From: Candidatus Nanoarchaeia archaeon
GTDB taxonomy: Archaea; Nanobdellota; Nanobdellia; Woesearchaeales; ARS49
Direction: 5' to 3'
NCBI GenBank assembly: GCA_041484255.1
Contig: JBGPHE010000001.1
Span: 6,240-70,239 of the forward strand
Length of the DNA stretch: 64,000 nt
Below are positions 1-10,495 of this stretch, piece after piece (position 1 is the stretch's first letter; each line of letters starts with the position of its first letter). The translations under genes and the position numbers were made by a program. The notes under the pieces were generated by a model, which saw nothing but the letters and a program-made list of their open reading frames with translations, was not told the DNA's origin and did not search any database.

Positions 1-2
1 CA

Positions 3-482
3 CTCATCTTTTTGATCCCTGTCGCGCTCGCGCTGGCGGTCGTGCTGGGCTACATTGTCGCTCCGGCGCTGTACAAGAAGATGTACAACGCGCAGCCGTT
101 GAAAGGAACGCGTTATCGTCAGCTTGCGCAGTACGCAGGTGTCGCGAATGCGCGTTTCTTCCTATTGGACACGGCAAAGCCGCTCGCGTTTTCCTTTGGC
201 CGCGATGTGTTGATGAGCGTCGGCATGTTTGAGGTCTTGAAGCAGAAGGAGCAGGACGCTGTTTTGTTCCACGAGCTGGGCCATGTCAAGCAGCAGTCGT
301 CTGTTTCCAAGTTCTCGCTGTGGCTTGCGCGCTTGTTTTCGCCGCTTGCATACTTTTCTTCGGTGAGCGCGGCGATTTCCGCGGAAGAGAAGTCCGCGGA
401 CGCGTTTGCCGCGCAGCTGCAGGGCACGATGAAGCACGTGCAGGCTGCGAAGCAGGCGATGCGCGCGTTTGCGCGCCTGTAA
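3..482 (+). CDS. M48/M56-type zinc metalloprotease (HtpX-like), 5'-truncated by window edge
   Basis: HELGH zinc motif preceded by AVLF, downstream EKSADAFA motif, hydrophobic N-terminus; frame open to the window start. Confidence 0.8.
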   Translation, partial: LIFLIPVALALAVVLGYIVAPALYKKMYNAQPLKGTRYRQLAQYAGVANARFFLLDTAKPLAFSFGRDVLMSVGMFEVLKQKEQDAVLFHELGHVKQQSSVSKFSLWLARLFSPLAYFSSVSAAISAEEKSADAFAAQLQGTMKHVQAAKQAMRAFARL

Positions 483-514
483 ACTTTATATAGTACGCTC
501 CTTCTCGCACGTGT

Positions 515-2221
515 ATGGAAAAAGAGCTTGAGTCCCAGATTCGCAAGTGGGCATTGCAGAATGCGTTCCGCTACGAAGGAAAGGCGAATCCGGGAACGGT
601 TATTGGGAAATTGCTGGCTGAGAAGCCTGAGCTGCGCGACCAGCTGAAGACGATTGCAAAGGATGTTTCTGTCATTGTTGCCGCAGTAAACGGCATGACT
701 CCCGAAGACCAGAAGAAAGAGCTTGAGGCGACCGCTCCTGAATTGCTGATTGTGAAGCACGAGAAGCAGGAGCACGTGCTGAAAGAGCTTCCGAACGCCG
801 TGCAGGGCAAGGTTGTAATGCGCATGGCGCCTTCGCCGTCTGGTCCGCTGCACATCGGCCACGCGTTCGTGACGAATCTGAACTCCGAATACTGCCGCAA
901 GTACGACGGCGCGATGATCCTGCGCATCGAAGACACGAATCCTGAGAACATTTACGCTCCCGCATACAAGATGCTTGAGGATGACGCGCAGTGGCTGACC
1001 AAGAACAATGTCAAGAAGGTCGTCGTGCAGTCTGACCGGTTGCATTCCTATTATGATTACGGCGAAAAGCTGGTCGGCATGGGCAAGGCGTACATTTGCA
1101 CGTGCAATCCTGACATTTTCCGCGAATTGATGCAACGCAAGACCGCGTGCCCGTGCCGCGAACTGCCGCTCAAAGAGCACCAGTCGCGCTGGGACAAGAT
1201 GTTCAATGGCTTCGAGCCAGGACAGGCAGTAATGCGCATCAAGACCGATGTCGCTGACCCGAATCCTGCGATGCGCGATTGGCCTGCGATGCGCATCAAC
1301 CATCACACGCACCCGAAGACCGGCACGACCGAAAAAGTCTGGCCGCTGATGAACTTCTCTGTCGCGATTGACGACCACGAATTGGGCGTCACGCACACGA
1401 TCCGCGGTAAAGATCACAAGGACAACGAGAAGCGCCAAAGACACATCTTTGACGCGATGGGCTGGAAGACGCCCACGCACTTGTATGTCGGTCGCATTAA
1501 CTTCGAGGACTTTGAAGTCAGCACCACGCAGACGCGCTTGGCGATCGAGCAGGGCAAGTACTCAGGATGGGACGATATCCGGTTGCCGTTCCTGCTTGCG
1601 CTTCGCCGCCGCGGCTACCAGCCCGAGACGTTTATTCAATGGGCTTTGGATATGGGCCTCGGAGAGAACGACAAGACTGTTTCCCGTGAAGAGTTTTTCA
1701 AAAGCATTGATGCGCACAATCGCAAACTGCTTGAGCCTATCGCGAACAGGTACTTTTTCATCTGCAATCCGGTTGAAGTGCGTGTGATTGGCGCGCCGAA
1801 GCAGACGGTTGAGCTTGAATTGCACCCTGACCATCACGATCGCGGCAAACGAAAGCTGGAAGTTGGAGAAACGTTCTATTTCGCAAAGGACGACGTTGAA
1901 GCAATCAAGGACGGTATGGTGAATCGCCTCATGGAGTGCGGCAACTTTGTCAAGACAGGAAATGATTTCACGTTCCATTCGCGCGAAGTCGAGAAGTTCC
2001 GCGAGAAGCCGGGCGGAAGGATCATGCACTGGCTGCCGATCTCTGACGATTTGGTGAAAGTCGAAGTGCTGATGCCAGACAATTCCAAGAGATTGGGCTT
2101 CGGCGAGCCTGCGATGAAGCAATTGAAGGAAGGCGACATGGTTCAGCTCGAGCGCTTCGGCTTTGTCAGGCTTGACGCGAAGCGCGGCGACAAGCTGAGC
2201 TTCTGGTTTACGCACAAGTGA
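515..2221 (+). CDS. gltX: Glutamate--tRNA ligase, archaeal type
   Basis: RMAPSPSGPLHIGH (HIGH motif), LRIEDTNP, IRGKDH, C-terminal QLERFGFVRLD; archaeal N-terminal 'ALQNA..Y.GKAN.G.VIGKLL'. Confidence 0.97.
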   Translation: MEKELESQIRKWALQNAFRYEGKANPGTVIGKLLAEKPELRDQLKTIAKDVSVIVAAVNGMTPEDQKKELEATAPELLIVKHEKQEHVLKELPNAVQGKVVMRMAPSPSGPLHIGHAFVTNLNSEYCRKYDGAMILRIEDTNPENIYAPAYKMLEDDAQWLTKNNVKKVVVQSDRLHSYYDYGEKLVGMGKAYICTCNPDIFRELMQRKTACPCRELPLKEHQSRWDKMFNGFEPGQAVMRIKTDVADPNPAMRDWPAMRINHHTHPKTGTTEKVWPLMNFSVAIDDHELGVTHTIRGKDHKDNEKRQRHIFDAMGWKTPTHLYVGRINFEDFEVSTTQTRLAIEQGKYSGWDDIRLPFLLALRRRGYQPETFIQWALDMGLGENDKTVSREEFFKSIDAHNRKLLEPIANRYFFICNPVEVRVIGAPKQTVELELHPDHHDRGKRKLEVGETFYFAKDDVEAIKDGMVNRLMECGNFVKTGNDFTFHSREVEKFREKPGGRIMHWLPISDDLVKVEVLMPDNSKRLGFGEPAMKQLKEGDMVQLERFGFVRLDAKRGDKLSFWFTHK

Positions 2222-2225
2222 TCTC

Positions 2226-3107
2226 ATGCAAAAGATAGTCCCGTATCTCTGGTTCGATAGAAATGCCGAAGAGGCTGTGAACTTTTACGTTTCTGTGTTC
2301 AAGAACTCGAAAGTCCTGAACACGAGTAGGTATGGCGACGCAGGACCGGGGCCGAAGGGCGAAATCATGGTCATGACGTTCTCGCTCAATGGCCAGGAGT
2401 TCGGCGCATTGAACGGCGGACCGATGTTCACGTTCTCGCCAGGAATCTCGTTCATGGTGCACTGCAAGACCGAGGGCGACCTTGATGCATTGTTCAAGAA
2501 GCTCTCGCCGGGCGGCAAAATCATGATGCCGCTGGACAAATACCCGTTCGCAGAACGCTACGCATTCTTCTCGGACAAGTTCGGCGTGTCGTGGCAGCTG
2601 ATGCTGTCGCCGCCGAAGGAGCACATCACTCCTTGTTTGCTCTTTGTCGGCAAGGATTTGGGCAAAGCCGAGGAAGCGGTGAAGTTTTACACGTCGGTGT
2701 TCAAGAACGCGAAGATCGACCACGTGCTCAAGTACGGGAAAGGCGAGCCGGGCAAGGAAGGAACGGTCAAGCACTCGTCGTTCTTCCTGGAAGGCCAGGA
2801 ATTCATGGCAATGGACGGCACCGGACCGCACAAGTTTGACTTCAAGCAGTCTATCTCGTTCCTCATCAACTGCGATACGCAGGAAGAAGTGGATTATTTC
2901 TGGGAAAATCTTTCGAAAGGCGGAAACACCTACCCGTGCGGCTGGCTTGGCGACAAGTTCGGCGTGCCGTGGCAGGTTGTTCCGACCGCGTTCAGCAAGA
3001 TGATGTCGGACAAGGACCCTGCGAAAGTAAAACGCGTCATGGAAGCCATGCTCAAAATGAAGAAGCTGGACATTCCGACATTCGAGCGCGCGTACAAAGG
3101 CGTCTAG
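2226..3107 (+). CDS. Tandem VOC/PhnB (3-demethylubiquinone-9 3-methyltransferase-like) protein
   Basis: Two copies of 'I.P.L.F...AEEAV.FY.SVFKN...DKFGV.WQ', ending in AMLKMKKLDI. Confidence 0.9.
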   Translation: MQKIVPYLWFDRNAEEAVNFYVSVFKNSKVLNTSRYGDAGPGPKGEIMVMTFSLNGQEFGALNGGPMFTFSPGISFMVHCKTEGDLDALFKKLSPGGKIMMPLDKYPFAERYAFFSDKFGVSWQLMLSPPKEHITPCLLFVGKDLGKAEEAVKFYTSVFKNAKIDHVLKYGKGEPGKEGTVKHSSFFLEGQEFMAMDGTGPHKFDFKQSISFLINCDTQEEVDYFWENLSKGGNTYPCGWLGDKFGVPWQVVPTAFSKMMSDKDPAKVKRVMEAMLKMKKLDIPTFERAYKGV

Positions 3108-3146
3108 AAGTAATCTTTATATACTCGGTGAACACATATTCTCTCT

Positions 3147-3311
3147 ATGTCTATCGTTGTGAAAGCGAAAATCAAGGAGATTGCGGGCACGTTTAACGTG
3201 TCCGGAGACTTCGCTGACGCGCTGGCCAAGAAGGTCGAGCAGATGGTCAAAGACGCTATCGAACGCGCGAAGTCGAACAATCGAAGAACGGTTATGCCGA
3301 AGGATATCTAG
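3147..3311 (+). CDS. Small histone-fold protein, 54 aa (not in ORF track)
   Basis: Manual translation MSIVVKAKIKEIAGTFNVSGDFADALAKKVEQMVKDAIERAKSNNRRTVMPKDI; histone-fold RA..N.R.TV...D motif; TTTATATA box at 3116-3123. Confidence 0.88.
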   Translation: MSIVVKAKIKEIAGTFNVSGDFADALAKKVEQMVKDAIERAKSNNRRTVMPKDI

Positions 3312-3838
3312 AGTTTCTTTTCCGCTTTCCTGACTTTTTCCTTGATCTTGTCGATGACTTTCTTGATTTTGGCGAGCTGCTTCTTCGGGTGCTTCTTGTT
3401 TTTCGCCAAACTCTTGTGGATGCGCTCGATTTTGTTCAAAGATTGGCGAATCGCGCCCAATTGCTCGGCCTTGCTTTCGGTTTCGGTCGTGAGCGCGGTT
3501 TCTAAGAGCTTGACGCGCTCGGCGCGGGCTTCGTGGATCGTCATGTAATGCGCGAGGCGCGCTTCAAGCTCCTGGATTTGCGCGCGGACGTCGCCGTGGA
3601 AGATGTCGTCCTTGGACTGGTGCTTGAGAATGCGCTGTTCTTTGTTGATGGCTTCGGTGATGGAATGCTCGAGCTTCTGCATGTAGCCCTTCATCGAGTG
3701 CGTGCTGATTTTCTTTAAGCGGGAGAGCTCGATCTTGAGTTTTTTTCTCGCGTGCTGGCGTTCTTCCCAGTGCTGCGTGGCTCTGCCAAGGAAAGAAAGC
3801 ATGGTCCTTGCGCTGCCGATGTCGTAGCCTTTGCTCAT
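3308..3838 (-). CDS. Hypothetical basic coiled-coil protein
   Basis: 176-aa ORF with heptad-like K/E/L pattern; start overlaps the upstream stop (ATGA). Confidence 0.7.
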   Translation of the reverse strand: MSKGYDIGSARTMLSFLGRATQHWEERQHARKKLKIELSRLKKISTHSMKGYMQKLEHSITEAINKEQRILKHQSKDDIFHGDVRAQIQELEARLAHYMTIHEARAERVKLLETALTTETESKAEQLGAIRQSLNKIERIHKSLAKNKKHPKKQLAKIKKVIDKIKEKVRKAEKKL

Positions 3839-4380
3839 GGTCCAAAGCGTCTGCGTCTTGCGGGCGGCGGAGGCGGCGGCATTCCGGGCATCGGGCGCAT
3901 GCCCTGCATGGGCTGCGGCATCGTGCGCTGCGGCATCATCGGCTGGCTGAATTGGCCAGCAGGATACGATGCAGGCGCAGGCGGCGCGATTTCCGACTCG
4001 CGGATGTTGACGCCCTTGCCGAGGTCTTCGCGCAAATCCTTGACGAGGTCAGCGACCGCGACAATGCCCTGCGCGATTTCCGAGTTTTGCTCGAGAATCT
4101 TGTTCATTTTCTCGGCGAGCGGCTTCATCTTGTCTTTGAAGCTGAGTCCGCCTTCTTCCATCTGCAACGCGGTCGTCGCTTCTTCGAAGATAGAGAGTAA
4201 CTTGTCGAGCTTGGTGTTCAATTCAACGAGCTGCACGCCCATTTTCTTGCTGGGCATGATCTCAAAGTCCTTGAGCTTCTGCAGTTCGCTCTTCAAATCC
4301 TGAATTTCGCGTTCAGGAAGAATTTCGTATTCGTCCCCCTCGTCCGAAGGAGAACTGGTCATCTTGTTAGCGTCTGGCAT
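3835..4380 (-). CDS. Hypothetical coiled-coil protein with Pro/Met-rich tail
   Basis: 181-aa ORF, GGTGA Shine-Dalgarno upstream, minus-strand TATA at about 4443-4450, genome-typical codon use. Confidence 0.75.
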   Translation of the reverse strand: MPDANKMTSSPSDEGDEYEILPEREIQDLKSELQKLKDFEIMPSKKMGVQLVELNTKLDKLLSIFEEATTALQMEEGGLSFKDKMKPLAEKMNKILEQNSEIAQGIVAVADLVKDLREDLGKGVNIRESEIAPPAPASYPAGQFSQPMMPQRTMPQPMQGMRPMPGMPPPPPPARRRRFGP

Positions 4381-4532
4381 AGTATCACCACTTTTTGGAG
4401 TCGTACGACTTCCACCCTTAAGACGACAAAGAGCAGAATGGGTATATAAACATTTCGTCCGAGGGCGGTGGTTACTTCACTAGACATACAGACGTAACGT
4501 TTAATAGCGAAATCAGCAAACTTGTAAACTAA

Positions 4533-5393
4533 ATGAGCAAAGACAAAAAAGAAGAAATGGAAGAGTTTAATGCAGAGAACCCAGTATGGCGTTACAGATT
4601 AATAGAACTATTGAACAAAAGCGGGTTTATTCTAGAACAAAGAGTGAAGACCATCCTTGAAAGAATTCTGCCATCGATGCAAGTCAGTCGTTGTCCATGG
4701 CAGTTAGAATTGAGGTTACCTAATGAACCAATAGTAAAAGTAGATATTGACGCGTATGCCGCAACCAAAAATATAGAGGCCGTAATTGAATGCAAACGGG
4801 CAAATAATTATTGGTTGTTTACTCGAAACATAGGAAACCCTAACATCTTGCATCTTCTTTATGAAAACGAAGGTTACAAACTTAGAACAATGAGTTCTGA
4901 CCTTGATTCAATCCCAATAAACTCATCAATTCACTCAATGGGGTTTGACGAAGACTTGTTATCAAATCCCAACACCGGCAAAAACAAAATAGAAGATTCT
5001 TCGCGATCACAAGAAAAAGGGATATACCAACTACTAAATCTAGAAATTGCAGCAGTCTTACAACAAAAGAATCCATTGCGCAAAAGAGTAGTGCTACCAG
5101 TTCTCGTAACAAATGCACCATTGTTCTTTGCAGAAATTGGAGATAACGCTATCGACGGCACTGGAAATTTATTAGAGTTTAAGTCTATCAAAAATGTTAA
5201 TTGGATCGCATTAAATTTTAACCAACAATTACGATGGGACAACTTAAGCAACCAAATCGTTAAGAATGTTAACGATCAAACTTGTAAAAGTGTGAGCGTT
5301 TTCGTTGTTAATATTGTGTACCTTGCAGAATTTCTAACAGCAATGGACGAATGGGTCGAGAAACATCAAGTGAAAATTGGAATTGAGAACTAG
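4533..5393 (+). CDS. AT-rich orphan gene, putative PD-(D/E)xK restriction-endonuclease-like protein
   Basis: SGFILEQRV...DIDAYA...IECKR spacing matches PD-(D/E)xK motifs I-III; visibly AT-rich versus flanks. Confidence 0.6.
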   Translation: MSKDKKEEMEEFNAENPVWRYRLIELLNKSGFILEQRVKTILERILPSMQVSRCPWQLELRLPNEPIVKVDIDAYAATKNIEAVIECKRANNYWLFTRNIGNPNILHLLYENEGYKLRTMSSDLDSIPINSSIHSMGFDEDLLSNPNTGKNKIEDSSRSQEKGIYQLLNLEIAAVLQQKNPLRKRVVLPVLVTNAPLFFAEIGDNAIDGTGNLLEFKSIKNVNWIALNFNQQLRWDNLSNQIVKNVNDQTCKSVSVFVVNIVYLAEFLTAMDEWVEKHQVKIGIEN

Positions 5394-5395
5394 AA

Positions 5396-7024
5396 TCAAT
5401 CCATTCCGCCCATTCCGGGAGGCATTCCGCCGCCGCGTGAGGGTTTGCCGCCGGCGATGACGTCGTCGATGCGGAGAATCATCTGCGCGACTTCGGATGC
5501 CGACGAGATGGCTTGCGTCTTGATCTTGAGGGGCTCGAGCACGCCTGCTGCCCAGGCGTCCATGACTTTGCCCTTGAAGACGTCCACGCCTGCCCACTTC
5601 TGCTTCTTGTCGTGCGCGGCCTTCAATTCGGTGAGAATGTCGATCGGGTCGATGCCTGAGTTCTCGGCGAGCGTGCGCGGGATGACTTCGATGGCATCGG
5701 CGAACGCGAGAACTGCGAGCTGTTCGCGGCCGGAAAGCGAGTCTGCGTATTTGCGCAGACCCTTGGCGACTTCGATTTCAGGCGCTCCTGCGCCGGCAAC
5801 GATCTTGCCGTTCTTCAAAGCGGCTGCGACGTCGCCGATGGCGTCGGTCATCGACCGCTTCAGCTCGTCAACGACGTGATTCGTGCCGCCGCGGCACAGA
5901 ATGGTGACTGATTTCGGGTTTTTGCAGTTCGTGACAAAGGTCATTTCTTCGTCGCCGAGCTTCTTCTCGGCAACGTGGCCTGCCTTGCCGAGTTCTTTTG
6001 CGGACAATGAGTCCAAGTTCGTGATGATGGTCGCGCCGGTTGCGCGCGCCAATGCTTCCATATCGCTCTTCTTGACGCGTCGCGCGGCATAGATGCCCTT
6101 TTGCGCGAGGAAGTGCTGGGCGAGGTCGTCGATGCCCTTCTGGCAGAACACGACGTTCGCGCCGGAAGCGGCAATCTTGTCGACCATGTCGCGGATCATC
6201 TTTTCTTCCTGCTCGATGAATTCCTGCATTTGCAGCGGATTGGTAATTTGAATCTTGGCGTCGATTTCCGTGTCTTTAATCTCGATAGCGGAATCAATCA
6301 GCGCGATCTTTGCGTCGTGGACGTCGTGCGGCATGCCCGGGTGCACGGCTTCTTTCTCGAGCACGATGCCTTCGATGAGTTCGGTGTCTTCAACTGCGCC
6401 GCCAACGCGCTTTTCGAGCTTGATGTTTTCCTTGTCAAAGACTGCCTTGCCGTCCTGCTCGTCCATCACGCGCTTGACTGCCTTGACCGAGATGTCTGCG
6501 AGCTTTTCTTTCGCGATTTCGGCGTTCTTGCCCGTGACCGCGGTCATCGCGATCTTGCGGAGCAGGCCGTCGTCTTTGAACGTGATATCTTCTGCGATGC
6601 TGTTCAGGATTTCCATGGCTTTTTCTTCAGCCATGCGGTAGCCGCGCGCGACCATGGTCGGGTGCACTTGCTGGTCCAGGAGCGTTTCTGCCTGCTTGAG
6701 CAGTTCGCCGGCAATCACGACCGCGGTCGTGGTGCCGTCGCCGACTTCGGCTTCCTGCGTCTTGGCAACTTCGACAATCATCTTTGCCGCAGGGTGCTCG
6801 ATCTGCATTTCTTCGAGAATCGTGACGCCGTCGTTCGTGACTGTGATGTCGCCCATGGAGTCGACAATCATCTTGTCCATTCCTTTCGGGCCGAGCGTGG
6901 TGCGGACGGTTTCAGCAACCAGCTTGGCTGCCATGATGTTGTTGCGCTGGGCATTCTTGCCCGTGGTGCGCTGCGTGCCTTCCGGCAAGATGAAGATCGG
7001 TTGGATTTGGTTATTGTTACTCAT
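5396..7024 (-). CDS. ths: Thermosome (group II chaperonin) subunit
   Basis: [36 protein letters not shown]-rich C-terminus. Confidence 0.98.
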   Translation of the reverse strand: MSNNNQIQPIFILPEGTQRTTGKNAQRNNIMAAKLVAETVRTTLGPKGMDKMIVDSMGDITVTNDGVTILEEMQIEHPAAKMIVEVAKTQEAEVGDGTTTAVVIAGELLKQAETLLDQQVHPTMVARGYRMAEEKAMEILNSIAEDITFKDDGLLRKIAMTAVTGKNAEIAKEKLADISVKAVKRVMDEQDGKAVFDKENIKLEKRVGGAVEDTELIEGIVLEKEAVHPGMPHDVHDAKIALIDSAIEIKDTEIDAKIQITNPLQMQEFIEQEEKMIRDMVDKIAASGANVVFCQKGIDDLAQHFLAQKGIYAARRVKKSDMEALARATGATIITNLDSLSAKELGKAGHVAEKKLGDEEMTFVTNCKNPKSVTILCRGGTNHVVDELKRSMTDAIGDVAAALKNGKIVAGAGAPEIEVAKGLRKYADSLSGREQLAVLAFADAIEVIPRTLAENSGIDPIDILTELKAAHDKKQKWAGVDVFKGKVMDAWAAGVLEPLKIKTQAISSASEVAQMILRIDDVIAGGKPSRGGGMPPGMGGMD

Positions 7025-7132
7025 GAACTCACCCCACTATGAAGGAAAACCCTTGACGGCGCTTTATAAAGATTATGAACGTTCAACCGCTATGTCACAA
7101 GCTTAATAAAAAGCATCATTTCACCGTTGTTC

Positions 7133-7456
7133 ATGAGTGAAGCGACCCAAGTGAAGACTCAGTCAATGCGCTTGCTGTACAAGCAGTTTGACGACGCGCT
7201 GGTTTCTTATTTCACGACGCAGGCAATGGCGCAGGGCCCTGCGGACGAGCGCGTGTTCGGTCTCGCGCAGCGCGTGATGGCCGCTGTCGACCGCCTGCCG
7301 CAGTCGCTGCAAAAGCAGTTCGAGCGCAGGCGCGACGTCGCTGATTCGTTTATGCGAGTATACGCGCGGCCCATCCGCTGCGTTGCTACCTCACCTGAAA
7401 CCGTGCAGCGCATTGCCGACCAGGTGTGCTGCGTCGGAGCATACGCTCCGTTTTAA
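7133..7456 (+). CDS. Hypothetical protein
   Basis: ATG about 25 nt downstream of a TATA-like GCTTAATAAAAA; no recognisable family. Confidence 0.5.
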   Translation: MSEATQVKTQSMRLLYKQFDDALVSYFTTQAMAQGPADERVFGLAQRVMAAVDRLPQSLQKQFERRRDVADSFMRVYARPIRCVATSPETVQRIADQVCCVGAYAPF

Positions 7457-7466
7457 TGGTGTTCTC

Positions 7467-7958
7467 ATGGATTTGACGTTTACGTATCTCCGCGACCATG
7501 ACCGCACGGAGCCGTTCTATAAGGCGGCGACGAAAGGTTTGGAATGGCACCTCAATAATCCTGATCCTGGCTCGGAGTTTGAGACGACCGTGCAGAAGCT
7601 GGGGAATATTCCCGTGCAGCAGAAAATAACTCGCCTGCTCGCGCACGGCTATGACGTGCTGTTCAGCCTGGACGGCGCGACCATGGCTAATTTTCTCGCG
7701 CTCAGGCATCGCACCGAGCACAAGCCGACGAGCGTGTTCCGCGTGTATACACACGAGAACTACCGCGGCAATGGCATCGGCGCGCAGGCCGTGCAGAAGC
7801 TGATGCACGACTGCTTCGCGCAGGGCCACACGTCGTTGCGCGTGGGCGAAGGCAAGAGCGAAGGCGTTATCGGCGTGCTGAATCAGCTCAAGACGATGTA
7901 TCAGGGCCCGTACACGATTGACGTCACGCCTGACACCGGATGGATCAAGCGCATCTGA
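7467..7958 (+). CDS. GNAT family N-acetyltransferase
   Basis: Acetyl-CoA motif A VYTHENYRGNGIG; start reassigned to ATG 7467. Confidence 0.75.
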   Translation: MDLTFTYLRDHDRTEPFYKAATKGLEWHLNNPDPGSEFETTVQKLGNIPVQQKITRLLAHGYDVLFSLDGATMANFLALRHRTEHKPTSVFRVYTHENYRGNGIGAQAVQKLMHDCFAQGHTSLRVGEGKSEGVIGVLNQLKTMYQGPYTIDVTPDTGWIKRI

Positions 7959-7998
7959 CGCCGCTAGATTTTTATAACCGCACGACACTGTTCTCGGA

Positions 7999-8544
7999 AT
8001 GATTATCACGATTTCTGGCACGCCGGGCTCGGGCAAGAGCACGATCGCGAAGCTGCTCGCGCAAACGCTCGGCTTTCGGCATTATTCTGCGGGCGACTTT
8101 ATGCGCGCGATGGCAACCGAACGCAAGACCACGCTCGCCAAGCTGACGCAGGACGCACTGAAAGACCGCACGATTGACGAGGAAATCGACCGCAGGACGC
8201 AGGAGCTGGGCGTATTCGAGGACGATTTCGTCATCGATTCGCGGCTTGGCTGGAAGTTTATCCCGCGCGCGATCAAGATTTTGCTCACGATTTCGCCCGA
8301 TGTTGCCGCAAAGCGCATTTTCGCGAATCACCGACCGGACGAAAAGGAAAACACGACGCTCGCGAAGACGAAAAAGAACATCGCGACGCGCTTGGCCGCG
8401 GAAATCGAGCGCTACAAAACCATGTACGGCACGGATTACACGGACAGGAAGCACCACGACCTCGTCATCGACACCACAGACTTGACGGCAGAGAAGGTCG
8501 TGGACAAAATCGTGGATTTCCTGAAAGAGAAGAGAAAGCTTTAA
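7999..8544 (+). CDS. cmk: Cytidylate kinase, archaeal type
   Basis: MIITISGTPGSGKST P-loop, SAGDFMR.MA, IDSRLG, YGTDY, DLVIDT. Confidence 0.92.
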   Translation: MIITISGTPGSGKSTIAKLLAQTLGFRHYSAGDFMRAMATERKTTLAKLTQDALKDRTIDEEIDRRTQELGVFEDDFVIDSRLGWKFIPRAIKILLTISPDVAAKRIFANHRPDEKENTTLAKTKKNIATRLAAEIERYKTMYGTDYTDRKHHDLVIDTTDLTAEKVVDKIVDFLKEKRKL

Positions 8545-8569
8545 GAATAATCACGATGGAAGTTCTTCT

Positions 8570-9283
8570 ATGCCTATCAAACTCAACGACTTCATCGAGA
8601 TTGAATATACCGGCAGGATCAAGGACGGCAATATCATTTTCGACACGACGGACGAAGCCATCGCCAAGGCAAACGACTTGCCCAAGGCGATGTACGGTCC
8701 GGTTGTCGTGGTTGTCGGCCAGGGCCAATTGCTGAAGGGCTTGGAAGAGAAGCTCGTCGGCAAGGAGCCGGGCAAGTACACTATTGACGTTCCCACGGAG
8801 CAGGCGTTCGGCAAGAAGAACGCCAAGCTCATTCAGATGATTCCGACGAAGAAGTTCCACGAGCAGAAAATCCAGCCCGTTCCCGGTTTGCAGTTGAACA
8901 TCGACGGAATGGTGTGCACGGTCCGCCAAGTCACGGGCGGCCGCGCGATGGTGGACTTCAACCACCCGCTCTCCGGCAAGGACGTTGTCTACGAAATCAA
9001 AATCATCAAGCTCGTCACGGACAAGAAAGAGCAGCTCAAGGCAGTGTTCGCGATGCTGCTGAACATCAGCGACGAAACCATCACGATTGACGGAACCAAG
9101 GCGAAGATTACGCTCAAGCAGCAGCTGCCTGAGCAGATTGTTCCCGAACTCCAGAAAAAAATCAAGGAGCTCACCGCGATTGACGCGGAAATAACTTTGC
9201 CTCTGAAGAAGGAAGGCGAAAAGGACGAGCACGCAGGCCACAATCACGGCCCGGGCGAGCACGCGCACGAGAAGAAAGCATAG
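8570..9283 (+). CDS. Long-type FKBP peptidyl-prolyl isomerase (SlyD-like) with His-rich tail
   Basis: IEYTGR...FDTT, AFG, VDFNHPLSGK; C-terminal EHAGHNHGPGEHAHE. Confidence 0.93.
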   Translation: MPIKLNDFIEIEYTGRIKDGNIIFDTTDEAIAKANDLPKAMYGPVVVVVGQGQLLKGLEEKLVGKEPGKYTIDVPTEQAFGKKNAKLIQMIPTKKFHEQKIQPVPGLQLNIDGMVCTVRQVTGGRAMVDFNHPLSGKDVVYEIKIIKLVTDKKEQLKAVFAMLLNISDETITIDGTKAKITLKQQLPEQIVPELQKKIKELTAIDAEITLPLKKEGEKDEHAGHNHGPGEHAHEKKA

Positions 9284-9367
9284 TTTTCCGACCACGTTCT
9301 CCAGCACAATAATACTTATATAGTTCTTTCGACGATGAAGCGGTCATAGAGAAAAGGGTGACTACAC

Positions 9368-10483
9368 ATGGACTTTGCACGACCGAATGCTCCGACGAAC
9401 GATCCTAAGCTGATGCAGCGCAGGCCGCAGACGCAGCACAGCGCTGATGCTGAATTGGAAGAATTGCTTTCGAAGCAGCGCGCCACCATCAAGGTGGTGG
9501 GCTGCGGCGGCGGCGGTAACAACACGATCAACCGAATCACCGAAGTCGGCATTCAGGGCGCGGAAACCATCGCCGTGAACACGGACGCGCAGGACCTGCT
9601 GTACACGACGGCGGACAAGAAAATTCTCATCGGGCGCGAGGTCACGAAAGGGCTCGGCGCTGGCGCTGACCCCAAGGTCGGCGAGGAAGCCGCGCGCGAG
9701 AACGAGCACGATATCAAGACCGCGCTGCAGGGCGCGGACATGGTCTTTATCACCGCAGGCCTCGGCGGCGGCACGGGCACTGGCTCAGCGCCGGTCGTTG
9801 CCGATATCGCGAAGCGCATGGGCGCATTGACCGTCGGCGTCGTCACCATGCCGTTCGTGATGGAAGGAAACAGGCGTTATGATAACGCAGTCATCGGTCT
9901 GGAGAAATTGGAGCAGATCGTGGACACGCTCATCGTCATTCCGAACGACAAGTTGCTTGAATTGGCTCCTGATTTGCCGTTGCACACCGCGTTCAAGGTC
10001 GCGGACGAGATTCTGACGAATGCCGTCAAAGGCATCGCAGAGCTTGTCACGCGCGCAGGTCTCGTAAACCTGGACTTCGCAGACATCCGCGCAGTGATGC
10101 GCAATGGCGGCGTCGCATTGATCGGCGTCGGCGAAAGCGATTCTGAGAATCGCGCGACCGAAGCGGTCGAGAAAGCCATCAACAACCCGTTGCTCAATGT
10201 CGACATCACCGGAGCGTCTGGCGCGCTGATCAACATCGCAGGCTCCAAGGACTTGACGCTGAACGAAGCGCGCAAAGTCGTGGAAACCATCTCGTCGAAG
10301 CTCTCCGAGGATGCCAAAATCATCTGGGGCGCGCAAATCTACGAGGACCTCGGCAGCTCATTGCGTTGCATGCTCATCGTGACCGGCGTGAAGAGCCCGC
10401 AAATCTTCGGCCAGGGCAAGACGATTTCCAGCGCAGAGAAGAAGGAAATCGAAAACGAGCTCGGCATCGAGTTTGTGGATTAA
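9368..10483 (+). CDS. ftsZ: Cell division protein FtsZ
   Basis: [19 protein letters not shown] tubulin signature, NLDFADIR, C-terminal ELGIEFVD. Confidence 0.99.
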   Translation: MDFARPNAPTNDPKLMQRRPQTQHSADAELEELLSKQRATIKVVGCGGGGNNTINRITEVGIQGAETIAVNTDAQDLLYTTADKKILIGREVTKGLGAGADPKVGEEAARENEHDIKTALQGADMVFITAGLGGGTGTGSAPVVADIAKRMGALTVGVVTMPFVMEGNRRYDNAVIGLEKLEQIVDTLIVIPNDKLLELAPDLPLHTAFKVADEILTNAVKGIAELVTRAGLVNLDFADIRAVMRNGGVALIGVGESDSENRATEAVEKAINNPLLNVDITGASGALINIAGSKDLTLNEARKVVETISSKLSEDAKIIWGAQIYEDLGSSLRCMLIVTGVKSPQIFGQGKTISSAEKKEIENELGIEFVD

Positions 10484-10495
10484 TTTTTTCTTTTA

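Noticed and set aside
4381..4532. tRNA or other ncRNA as an integration site beside the AT-rich gene
   Set aside because: No cloverleaf or T-loop consensus; the region is explained by divergent promoters and one short palindrome
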